Shown here piece after piece: positions 52,701-64,000 of a DNA stretch of 64,000 nt (the first letter of the stretch is position 1; each line of letters starts with the position of its first letter). Source of the DNA: Owenia fusiformis (taxonomy: Eukaryota); the NCBI GenBank assembly GCA_903813345.2, contig CAIIXF020000001.1, positions 28,830,001 to 28,894,000 on the forward strand, written 5' to 3'. Under the pieces are notes generated by a model. That model searched no databases and was not told the origin of the DNA. It saw only the letters and a program-made list of their open reading frames with translations. The translations under genes were made by a program, and so were the position numbers.

Positions 52701-53724
52701 CACGAGTTTCAAAAAAGAGTTTGACACACATCAATATTTTTCAATGAATCTAAATTGTAAAGTAGTGCCATATATTCTTCTCATGCATATATTTGATCGC
52801 TGCTATAGAGAGGAATAACCCAAGAGTTAAAAGATGACCTACATTTATTGAGATGACATCATCACCGATTGGTCAAATCGACAGACAGACAATGGCAATT
52901 TTAAAATTTTCTTAACACGCTTCAAATAATAATATGTTAATTCCTGGCGTGTTAATTGATATCACAGCTTGTTATAATACATCAAAATAAAGATGTACTA
53001 ACTGGTGAGAATCTGCGCAAACAAAGGTGGTACGCAACAGACGTAATTATATCTGTCATCTCAAAAGCTCTGGGGTTTTCCCTCCTCTTGCTGCTGTACA
53101 TTTCACAAAGTAGTCTATTCTTTACATTAGGTGCTGTGACCACAACAAGACATTATGCTCTCTTCATAGAAGTTACTAAAGACAAGGAAGAAGTGAAACT
53201 GACAGACGATGAGCTGAAGAAAGTAAGGATAAAAGTTCAAACGTTGTTTAAAATAAAATTCAGAATGTATATGTTTAATATTTGATGCTTGAATTGAACA
53301 AATTAGCTGACTATTGATTCTTGATAATCACACTTGCAAATAGTTATTTAAATGTCAATAACAAATCTCTGGTCATTCTCCACTCTGTATATATACTCTC
53401 TACCCTGTTTTCGCTTGAATATGGAGGAGGGGTAACATACGGAATTGATACACATGCTGAATTTCTAAATTTTGTTCCTAATTAAATATATTGTAATTAC
53501 AGTTTGACCATTCTCTCTGTGAGGAGTTTCCCTTTTATAAAGTAATGCGTGATGATGGCAAGATTCAAGCAATGGAAGTGCTCCAAGTGAAAACTCAAAC
53601 ATTTGACAATCTGCGACGGCTGATGCTCAGGAACAACAAGAAGACCACTGAACTACAATTCAAGATGCCTCGTGTACAGAGACAAGAGCGATATCTACAG
53701 TTTCTACTCGACAACTTATTATGA
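49788..53724 (+). CDS. GHDC: GH3-domain (GHDC-like) acyl acid-amido synthetase family protein, ~628 aa, hydrophobic N-terminus; exons 49788-49905, 50632-51812, 52036-52163, 52444-52589, 53131-53222, 53503-53724
   Basis: Phase-consistent splicing. GH3/adenylate-forming motifs NKNTKYG, PVTKYDHY, LTSGTTG, HAASEG, FYEFLP, YELLVT..GLYRYRFGDV, GQMLNVVWEK, HYALFIE, QFKMPRV. Confidence 0.9.
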
Positions 53725-54654
53725 ACTCGTTCAATTTGTTATACATGTACATCATGAATGATATTAACATCCATAATGTTTATTACTATATACTCACTTT
53801 ATATCATATAACATATAACCTATGTACAAGTTCGTTATTATATACTCAATTTATATCATATAACATATAACCTATGTACAAGCTCAGGTTACATACAGTT
53901 AAACCTGTTTATTGGAACACCTCCAGAAGTAGAACATTCTGCTAGTTGAACACTTCAGAGTACAAGACCAACTGACTTCATGTTAAATGAACCTCCTCCC
54001 AAGAAACACTTTTTAGAGGTAGCAAAGATATTCCACTATATTAACATGCTTATTATATTTCAATGATTAGTGAATATGAAATATTGCCAAATTTTTAAGT
54101 GACAAACCAGACAAGAAGTGCAATGGTGGCCCCCTGGAGCATATCAGTCCGATGGTCATAAAATATGGATAGTTGGAAAGAAAATGAATGATGTACAAAT
54201 GCACCAAATATCAGAAAATAAAATCAAGGGTTGCTGTTTTTGATCACCCTGTATAATGAGTATGCAACACCAAAAAAATAAAATACAAATAAAATAAATT
54301 AAACAATAATTACCTGAAAGCCTACGACGGCCATCATCTAATGTACATATACACTGTATAGACTTCAATGATCCTAGGGTATTGTTATCTACATGTAGGA
54401 GACATCACTCAGATTGTTAATAAAAACATCTATTTTAGAAGGTGTGTGCAGTAGGCTATTGTGATTGTAGATAAAAAAGAAGTGCAGCAGTGTAGCTTAT
54501 TAGAATGACAGCTTGTGATTTAAACCTAAAAAAAGAGAGTTAGAAGCCAAATGTAAGGGGATGGGCATTTTTTCTTGTGTAAATTCTATGTTCAAATTAG
54601 AGCAATCTTAGTGAAATCATGTCAATCTGGGTACCCAGGTGGATAGATAAAGGG

Positions 54655-55042
54655 ATGACAGATGAATGGATGACAGATGAAAAGATAACGGAATAACAGG
54701 TGAATGAATGACAGATGAAGGGATAATATAAAGGAATGACAGATGAAGGTATGGCATGTGAAAGAATGGCAGATGAAGGGACGACAGGTGAAGGAATGAC
54801 AGATGAAAGGATGATATAAAGGAATGACAGGTGAAGGAATGACAGATGAAGGGATGCTAGATGAAGGGATGACAGGTGAAGGAATGACAGATGAAGGGAT
54901 GACAGGTGAAGGAATCACAGATGAAGGGATGACAGGTGAAGGAATGACATATGAAGGGATGCTAGATGAAGGAATGACAGGTGAAGGAATGACAGATGAA
55001 GGGATGACAGGTGAAGGAATCACAGATGAAGGGATGACAGGT
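54655..55042. repeat. 15-bp minisatellite (GAAGG(A/G)ATGACAG(A/G)T)n, ~25 units, more homogeneous toward the right end
   Basis: Direct reading. Confidence 0.92.
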
Positions 55043-56043
55043 GAGACAAGTTATTAAACAGTTGAAGCGAGGGTTATGTCCGCCATTTGTGACAACGGAA
55101 TCTAACTTTATCGTAGTCAGGCTATTCCGGTGTGATGGTGGCAAATCAAAATTAAAGTTGCAAACAAAATCAAGATATCCCACTTTGAGTCATCCCATTT
55201 AATTTCTTCAAACATTGAAACATGCAGTAGGATTAATAGATCAGCGAGCAGTGCCAACTCAGGCGTTAATTGGAATGCACCATTTTTCTTGTTCCATTCA
55301 AACTTGTTCCATTCAAAGCAAAACAAAAATGCTTTTCTGTTGGTACATTATTCTGTTAAACAGAATTGTTCCTTTTACCCGTGTTTAACCCAAAGCCCGC
55401 TAAAACGAGGGAATCTGTACAATTAAGCAATGCACTGACAGAAAGGCATTGTGTTTTCCTTTGTTTGAAGAAAAAAGGTGCAGTATGAGACTCACAATCC
55501 TTGATTTTCAAACATCTGTTAGTTCTAAAATTCAAATTAACAGTTGTTTTTGGTAAAGTTGGACCCGTGAGATACTAAAATTGAAAACAGTGGTGCAAGA
55601 CTTAGAATGAACAATGTGAATTTAGCAACAGCTTTCACCTCCAATTCTCCTTTTCGCGGTTCGCTCTTTGAACCAGAACGTTCGCAAATATGCACTCAAA
55701 AAGCACTCAAAAAGGACAAAATTTGATTGGTCAATATTTTCCCACTATGCATTTCGCGTAGCTATTTGCGTGACAAGAAAGTTCTAAATCAAACTAATTA
55801 CTCAATTTTGTTTTTACACCCGTACGCTAAATAAAACAATGACACCATCGTAAGTATTCTTCTTTGTCATTGCTTTAATGGTCAGTATACCGAGTTTAAT
55901 CAATAAAAGATTGTACAATGAACAACAAAATTCAGAAAGGAGTACTATAGATTTGCTTTCGGACCACTGAACAGATTGACCTAGATAATAGCGACGCGTC
56001 TTCTTTGGTCTACTGCTCAGTTGTTTCTGGGTTTTCAACGTAC

Positions 56044-56205
56044 CTCTATAATGTAATTTGAAGATGAATACTTTTATTCAGTTGTTGCATCGATGTCGCA
56101 GTTTGTAATGCGGTAAGATTGGCATGAAAGTATTGAAAGTCGAATGGAATAGTTTTTTCCAATATGGCGACTAGTCTACGGATCACGTGACCTTCTCTTC
56201 CGGAA
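56044..56205 (-). promoter_or_regulatory. Candidate TRPM promoter and non-coding first exon
   Basis: CpG-enriched stretch with YY1-like GCCAT (AATATGGCG, 56161), E-box TCACGTGA (56183-56190), ETS-like TTCCGGAA (56198-56205), and a minus-strand donor AG|GTACGT at 56043/56044. Confidence 0.45.
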
Positions 56206-56579
56206 ATATTTTCTCACTTTTCAATCATCGTTTTCACCACGCTATGAATTAATACAATGAAAAAAATAGCTGTTATATTAAGATTAATGAGAGATCAATC
56301 GTTTCTAATAATTTTTTCTGTACTCTCGTACGGGAATATGAACGAATATATCGTTTGAAAAATAGGTGTGAAAATCCCCATGTTAAACCTATGAGGGAAA
56401 ATAAGGAAGTCTAAATTTGTTCCTCCGCGAACTGCATCATGGGAAATATTTTGCCCTTATAAGAAAAGATTTTCGCATCTTCTCTTTTGAAGAGGGAATA
56501 ACGATTTCGAAAATTCTGGTGGCAAATATTCAAATTGAACTCTCAGAGCGCCATCTTCCAAATATTGACCCCTAGAAGT

Positions 56580-57240
56580 GGAACCATGTGACAAGCAAAG
56601 GAAACTGAAGGGTGTCGCATACATAGATCTCGGCCAGATTTTTTTGTAGTAGGGTAAGTAGCTCAATAAATATTCCTCAAGATGAGACACCGAAAAAATT
56701 TCGAATTTTAAAAATGACGATTGTGCAGCAATTTCTGAAAAATATGAGAGAAATCATACCTCAGTCGAAGCGTCTTGTTATTCTTTAACTTTTTTATCAC
56801 TAATGAACGTTATTCAAGCAATGGTGTGTTGATAAGAGGCCAAAACTGATATTTATCTGCGGGCTCTTGTCTGTCCAAATCTGAATGGCGCTCCCGTGAT
56901 TCCGGAAACGAGACGTCAGCATTACAAAGATATTTGGACACACAAGAGCCCGGATCAAGTGAAAAATATTTGCCGTATTAAAAGTCAATTTACTGCGTCC
57001 ATGGGTTATTTACTCGAACAAAACAAGTAGAAATAGAAAGATGAAGCTCTCAGCTATAAATTAAATGCAAAATCTGTCACGGGGAAGCAGGTACCATTCT
57101 GTATAAGGAACGTTTTGAAAGGTGGTCACTTTTTTTGAGATTTTCCAGTTTGGTGTCTCATCTTCTGAATTATTCTTTGAGCCTATGAGATCCTACTACA
57201 AAACGATCTGGCCAACATCTATGCTCACATACAGGGTCCC
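56580..57240. mobile_element. MITE-like element with long imperfect inverted repeats
   Basis: GGCCAGAT..TTTTGTAGTAGG..AAGATGAGACACC (56632-56691) inverted relative to GGTGTCTCATCTT..CCTACTACAAAA..ATCTGGCC (57152-57213). Confidence 0.6.
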
Positions 57241-58107
57241 ATATTACCAATGTGATGCCTAGGCCTAGATTAGAAGGTAGCCTATCAATGTGTCAACATG
57301 GATTGTAAGAGAAATTCTACATAAAAACTTACAGCAAAATGTGGTCTCTCGGAGTTGCTTGTAGGCCTCTCACCCTCTTGGTTATTTTCCGCAGTCATGG
57401 TGATAGTATAGCTGTTGTAGATGTCCAAGTCAAGGTGTTCATTACAGAATATTTGAAGTAAAAAAATTGAAATTTAAAAAATTGTAAAATTGACCGATTT
57501 CGCCGATATGTCAGTTCCAAAGTGTATTTATTTATTACTTTTCATGTAAATTGATTATTGATATAATATTATATTATCGTTTTATTTCATTTTGAACTTT
57601 GGTTGAAGCATAATCATCGTTTTAATGTTAAAAATGTGTAGTTTCCAATGTCCATCTTGTCATTTACCTCATACCTTTAATCGTGTAATTTCAGTAATCA
57701 AATCAATGTGAATAACTCGCTGCGTGCACCGAACTCGGGTAGCAGGTAAATCATTAATTGAAAGAACTCTTGTTGCCTAGTGCAGGTAAACTGCTTTCAA
57801 TAAAAAGTTTATACAGGAGTAATGTTGTGACATAATCCCTTTCAAAACAGCTTTTACATTTCCATGTGACGAGTATTATCTGGAGTTGGTTCATATCCAG
57901 GCCTAATAGTCACTTTGATAAAGGATCAAGCTTGATAAAGTATCAAGCAAGCACATAAGGCAACACTAAAAAAAGTCATTTAAATTGACAATTATTTGCT
58001 ATCCGTCTAGGACCTTGGAATAAAATCAAGTGGAACTGCAACTAATTGTGTACCCCCCCCCCGTGTTGGACTTGTTGGTATACAATGTATATCCAGGTTG
58101 TTCCCCT

Positions 58108-58709
58108 AGGGGATTCACTGTATATAAAACTCGACGGGGGTCCTACATGTAGGCTGAAGCCTCGAATATCAATATGTTCCCATACCAATCTGTCAAATTT
58201 CAATATGTTCCCATACCAACCAAAATAACGCCCAAAGGCTATACCAAATGTCCAAATATAGGACCAATGCCATACATGTACCAAATGTCCAAATATAGGA
58301 CCAATGCCATACCAAATGCCCAAATTATGGGACCAATGCAATACCAAATGTCAAAATGTAGGACCAATGCCATACCAAATGTCCAAATATGGGACCAAGG
58401 GCTAAAATTCAAAAGTTGAAGAAGGCCCTGGAAAAGAAGATACTTCGGGAAACGATCCAAAACAACTTCAAATTTGCAACTACTGGACCAATGCCATACC
58501 ACGAATGTTAGGTAACGTATCTACAACGACCATTCTCATACCAGAAGAGCAAAAGTCCGACCATTGCCATAGCTCAGAAGTCAGAAATTTCCGGGCATTC
58601 CCATACCAAATCCTAAAATATGGGTCCATCGCCATACCAAACGTTGAAAAAGGTACCCCACATGTGCCAAGGATCCCGTCAAGGTTTATATATAGTGAAC
58701 CCCCCGGGG
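58108..58709. mobile_element. MITE with internal ~31-bp tandem repeats
   Basis: Inverted ends GGGGATTCACTGTATATAAAAC / GGTTTATATATAGTGAACCCC; internal (GGACCAATGCCATACCAAATGTCCAAATAT(A/G))n. Confidence 0.75.
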
Positions 58710-59646
58710 TTGTACCTAACGGTCCTTATTATGTTTTTTTGATTATATACAGTTGTATAAACTACAACAGCCTTTGTGAAGATCTACATCACATTTTGCA
58801 TGCATCGTTTCCCTGATGACAGTAAGCAGCTCAAAGCTGTGCAGTTGCATGTTGTTTCTAAGGCATGTACTGCATTTAAAATATTTGACTTATTACAAAA
58901 CAATATTATCATTGTAAAACCACAATCTTTGATAAATCCATGGACATTTAGATTGAATTCGAGGTAGATGGCAGCAGCAGAATTCTTCGAATATTTTTCT
59001 TGAATTATGAATAAACACAGGTCGATTACCATGCCATCTTTATTAATAAAAAAATTATTTAAACTTTCTGCAAATTCAACATGATGACAAAAATTGACAA
59101 AGTGTCCCTTATAAAAAGTTCAACATTGAAAGTCCAAATTTAAACCACTGTTATCAATCTCTGGATATCGATTGTTTCAACAATTAAGATTAAAGGAAAA
59201 ACCATAGTACAATCAATAACAATGACTAGCAACCATTGGGCAATATGTTTTGTTCAATGATTGTATAGTTCAACCTCTGCAACCATCAGACCATCCTGAC
59301 TTAATATTATTCAAAATTATCTTTATGTTTTAGTTTGGCAGGCATCGTGGTAAGCCCCGCCCTCTCCATCTCTATCCTCCTGCGATGCAACAGAGAGAAA
59401 TGCGCATGCTATGAGTATCAGAATGTTTGACAGGTAGTTGGCAGGTAGAAACAGGTGATATATTTCAAATATCCCAGACAGATAGGCTATGGAACAATGG
59501 GAAACATCAGTTGCCATTCGCTTCATCCAATATTCGCAGTTAGGACTGAAGATTTTATATATAACCATGGGCTTTCATTTAGAAGGGTATGCAACTCTGT
59601 GTAATAACCTGAGACCTTCAAAATGAGCAATGCCATGCTTCCCTTT

Positions 59647-61361
59647 CAGGCCCGTAAGACACTTTTCTCCAAGGGGGGTGCGGTTTTTAGCTTACTAAAG
59701 AGAATATAAAATTGTCAATTTTTTTGCCGCGTAAATCAAATCGCGTAAGTCAGAGGGGGGGGGGGGCTCAGTTACTCCCTATATTGGTTTGGAATTAACA
59801 AATGCAACTTCCAAACGTTTTAATTGTTTTGTGGGGGGTGTGAGGTCCACTTCCCTAGAAAATTGTACAGTTTTGAGATGCTATTTGGTGCTTTCTGGGC
59901 ACTTTCAAAGTGTAAGTTTCCAAGCAGTACGCCACCACCATGGCAATAAGAGTTGAGTGAATAAAAAACCGAGCATTCATGGGGTCTGGGAAAATTTTGA
60001 AATTTGGTTGTATTTGGAGCGAATTTGCAACCATCTGGTACGCCTGTGCGTTATGAATCAATAAGAAAAATGTGTATTTTTTTCAAATTATTTTGGGGGT
60101 GTCAAAGTGGATGAGAGGGTGAAATGGGGTGTGGTGCCAGTAGGGGAGCAAGGGGTTGTCCCCGAGAAACATTGACCATATCAAGGTGCTATTTGATGAT
60201 GTCTGGGCACTTAAAAATTGTCTGAGACAATACATGAAATTCAGAATATTTTCTTTTGTTTTGTGGGGGATGTGAGGGGTGGCTAACTCTCCTAGAAAAT
60301 TTTACAATTTAAAGATGATATTTGGTGCTTCTGGGCACTTTTAAAGTGTATTAGTCAATAAAAACATTGAAAAACAATCACAATTTTTTTCAAATTTTGG
60401 GGGTGTCAAAGGGGGGGGGGGTGCCAAAGGGGGAGGTGGGGCTGGGGTGCCAGAGGGGGAGCAAGTGTTTGTCCCCCATATCAAAATTTACAATATCAAA
60501 GTGCTATTCGATGAAGTTTGGGCACTTTAAAAGTGTCTGTGCCTAAAAGTGCCAATTTCCCAAGAAAATTTTAAGATGCTATTTGGTGCTTTCTGGGCAC
60601 TTTAGTCAATAAAGTCAATAAAAAAATTTGAACTTTTTTTTTGGGGGGGGGGTGTTAAGGGGGGGGGCTGCCAGAGGGGGAGGTGGAGTGGGGATGCCAG
60701 AGGGCGAGTGAGTGTTAGTCTTCCAGAATCATTAACTTTATCAAGAAGCTATTTGATGATATCTGGGCAATTTAAAAGTGTCTGAGACAATACATAAAAC
60801 AAATTCAGAACTTTTCCATTGTTTTGTTTGGGGTGTGACGGGGTGGCCCACTCCCCCTAGAAAATTTTACAATTTTACAACGCTATTTGGTGCTTTCTGG
60901 GCACTTTCAAAGAGTATGAGTCGCAATTAAAGAATTTGAGAAAATCACAAATTTTTTTCGGAGGGGGGGGGGTCAAGGAGGGGGGCGCCAGAGGGGGGGG
61001 GGGTCTATGCAAGTGCAAGATGCAAGAGAGGGAGCAAGTCCCCGAGAAACACTAACTCAAGGAGCTATTTGATGATGTCTGGGCACTTTAAAAGTGCCTG
61101 AGACAAAACACTAAAATAAATTTAGAACTTTTCCAATTGTTTTGTGGGGGGTGTGAGGGGTGGCCAATTCCCCTAGAAAATTTTACAATTTTAAGATGCT
61201 ATTTGGTGCTTTCTGGGTACTTTCAAAGTGTATGAGTCAATGAAAAAAAAATTACAAAAAAAAAAAATTTCAAAATTTTTTTTTTTTTTCAAATTTATTT
61301 TGGGGGGTGACAAAGGGGGGTGCGGTCGCACCCATCGCACCCCCCCCATCTGACGGCCCTG
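59647..61361. mobile_element. Non-autonomous CAG...CTG DNA element with 5-bp TSD, filled with G-rich diverged tandem repeats of a few hundred bp
   Basis: CAGGCCCGTAAGA / TCTGACGGCCCTG termini; CCTTT on both flanks; recurring GCTATTTGGTGCTTTCTGGGCACTTT and poly-G runs. Confidence 0.8.
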
Positions 61362-62299
61362 CCTTTTATGCATAATATTTCGAAAAGTATTAGGTAAATG
61401 TATATGTTTTAGTATTATTTTGATTAAAAATCAATTTTCAAAAGGATTAAAGCATAAAATATATTCAATCTCATGTAAAAGTAAACAAAAAAGTAGTTCA
61501 ACAAGTTAAACCTAGTCTGGGCCTTATTTCTTATCTGACATATCTTGTGGCCCGCCCTAGGTTTAACTTCCGTGCCTATTCGGCCCTTGATGCAAAAAAA
61601 TTTAATGGTGGCCTATGGTACCGCATGAAATTCCATGCGCGTTTAATTAATAACTGATGGTGAGAATTTGCAACAAATGAAAGCATAGCACGGAAGTTAA
61701 ACCCAACCACGGCAACACGAACATTCAGATTAAAAAATGAAAGCCGTGGTATTGGGTTTAACTTGTTGAACTAACAAAAAAGACCAATAAGAATAAGAGG
61801 TATCAAGATGTTCTCTTTGGGTATTGCATTGTGGGTAATTATTCAAGAACACATTCCAATAAAACATAATTTGTGGGAGAATGTTCACTTTCTGTATTGT
61901 CATAATTATGATTAATTCCATTTTTTATTAGATTATCAACATGTATGGAGATAATCATGTTTATATTTTTGAGTTATTTCTCTAATCATCCATAAAAAAT
62001 ACAAAATAAGATTTTCTTGGAATGTGTACATTCTCCAATTTTGAAAACCCAAAGGCAATGCTTATGTATGAAATATGGGAAGTTGCCTACCCTTCTAGTT
62101 GAACGCCCATGATATAACTAACTTTCATATTTGACTAATCACAAGCTGCGCCTTCTTCATTTATATTCATGTCCATGTACACTTGTACAGTAGTGATCTT
62201 GGGAATGGTACATCTGAAGTATTTATTCCTTTGGTAGAATAATTCGATTTCTAAATGGATGGCTCAGACAACAGTTAAGCATCATATGTAAGACAACAA

Positions 62300-62784
62300 T
62301 GGCAAACACAAAATATTTATGACTGACTTTTGACCTTTCTGGTAACATTGAATTTCTGAGAACTTGTAGATGATTTTGAAAAAAAAATTGACCTTGAGAA
62401 GATCATTGAAGGTCAATTTTTTTACCTTGAGAATGTCATTGAAGGTTAAATCTATAGTCAGATTTGAACTTTTGAGAACTTGAAGATGATTTTGAATAAA
62501 ATTGGTCAATTTGAAGCAAGTTGAAAAAAGACCTTTTGACCTTTTTTGACCTTGAGAAGGTCATTGAAGGTCAGATGTTAAATCTAAAGTCAAATTTGAA
62601 CTTATGATACCTTGAACATGATTTGAAAAAAATTGAAGTCAGTCTACACAGTATTTGTTAAGTTATTGGAAGAATTTGTTACAGATGCCAACCGCCGCCT
62701 GCCACCCACCGATCGCCAAACACCAACCACCGCCACAAAAAACGGTCACCATAACAATATGTCACCACTTCTTGGTGGTGACAT
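62300..62784 (+). mobile_element. HINE-like element with internal core repeats
   Basis: Repeated GACCTTGAGAAG(G/A)TCATTGAAGGTCA; ends with the AACAATATGTCACCACTT..TGGTGGTGACAT family stem-loop. Left boundary approximate. Confidence 0.65.
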
Positions 62785-63461
62785 AGTTAAAAGCCAGAAT
62801 ATCTACTTGTATTTCACAAGTACATACTGAATTGTTCACAAAAACTGACTTTTTACATGTAGGTAAAAATATTACGAATGGATATGGTTAATGACCGAAT
62901 TCAGGTATTTATGATTAAAATGTAATTATAGTGCAGTCAGAATGTGGGTTTCGGCGTGCGTTCAGAGGGATTTTATGGGACATAATTTTTCATGTTACTA
63001 CTATGATTATACATATTTGTATGGATTATTAGATCTTAGTTTTTCAGCTTTTAGATTTTGTGGCCATTTTACCCCCCATGGGCTTAAATTTGGACCCCTA
63101 CTATAAAATTGGGCAAGAACTCAAAAAATACTCAGTGGAATGTTTCCAAATTACAAAGTTATATTGGTATAGGCTAACTGAATATATGATAAAAATTTCA
63201 TGTCACATGGTTAAGTGGTTGCCATGGAAATGGATAAAACATGCCCATCGGGTGTCAATTTTCAGGCCAATTTTTCAGGACTGACAGAGTCATTTCATGG
63301 ATATTTTGTCACCAATGTGTTAGGAAGGGTTAAAATGTAAATAGAAAACTTCTATAATATATTAGCAACAACTGTATGTAAAGATCAGTCCACAAAACCT
63401 CAGATTTTGGCCTTGTATTGGTCCATGACTTATACAGGGGTCTATTTCATAGACTCGAGCT

Positions 63462-64000
63462 CCCACATTGGATGGATGCTATAACTTTTGAAATAATGGA
63501 GATACAGGTCTCATTTTTTCAGATCTTCATAAATGGTTAGTTTTAAGTATTTTATTTTACTTTGGGAGCTGACATGTGATTGGTTGCCATGGTAACCAGG
63601 GTTTTAAGGAAATTCTGACCCCCAGATTGGATGGATGCTATAACTTTTGAAATAAGGAAGATACAGGTCTCATTTTTTCAGATCTTCATAAATGGTTGGT
63701 TTTAAGTATTTTAATATACGTTGGGAGCTGGTATATGATTGGTTGCCATGGTAACCAGGATTTTAAGGAAATCCTGACCCCGACATTGGATGGATGTTAT
63801 AACTTTTGAAATAAGGGAGATTCATGTCTCATTTTTTCAGATTTTTGACAATGATTGATTCAAAGTATTGATTTAGACTTTGAGAGCTGAAATTTGATTG
63901 GTTACCATGGAAATCAGGGTTTTGTTGAAATTCAGACCTCCACAAGTGATGAACACTATGACTCTTAAATACAGCCAGATAAGATATAATCTTTTCAGAT
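63462..64000. repeat. ~159-bp tandem repeat, >3 copies, running off the window end
   Basis: Units starting CC(C/G)A(C/G)ATTGGATGGATG(C/T)TATAACTTTTGAAATAA at ~63462, 63621, 63779 and a diverged fourth. Confidence 0.9.

Noticed and set aside
49788..53724. Horizontal transfer of a plant or bacterial GH3 auxin-conjugating gene
   Set aside because: Animals have GHDC homologs and this gene has five spliceosomal introns; a phylogeny would be needed to claim transfer.
54622..55057. ORFs with (MTGEG/MTDEG)n or (VIPSP/VIPSS)n repeats
   Set aside because: Translations of a 15-bp minisatellite with no supporting gene structure.

Overview
AT-rich metazoan (invertebrate-type, probably spiralian; this is an inference) genomic DNA. 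Most of the window is one minus-strand, intron-rich TRPM2-like cation channel gene. I reconstructed 35 coding exons by hand (48002->2896, about 1674 aa, splice phases consistent throughout, one GC-AG intron), giving MHR1-4, S1-S6, TRP box, coiled coil and a C-terminal NUDT9-H domain whose Nudix box is degenerate. Three intact plus-strand genes are nested antisense inside its introns: a Tyr-rich secreted protein with a partial chitin-binding (CBM14-like) domain, an intronless GT2/B4GALNT-like glycosyltransferase, and an 8-exon CPED1-like cadherin-like/PC-esterase protein. A fourth, a 6-exon GH3/GHDC-like acyl-adenylating enzyme, lies upstream of the TRPM start codon and is also nested if the candidate non-coding first exon near 56.0-56.2 kb is real. 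The introns also carry a young non-autonomous LTR element (943-bp LTRs, tRNA-Pro PBS, 5-bp TSD, only about 230 bp internal sequence), three LINE fragments, a tRNA-derived SINE, Tc1/mariner-, hAT-like and TTAA-type MITEs, many Helentron-associated (HINE/pearl-like) elements, long palindromes and minisatellites. All exon models and family assignments come from manual reading and remembered motifs, not from database searches.
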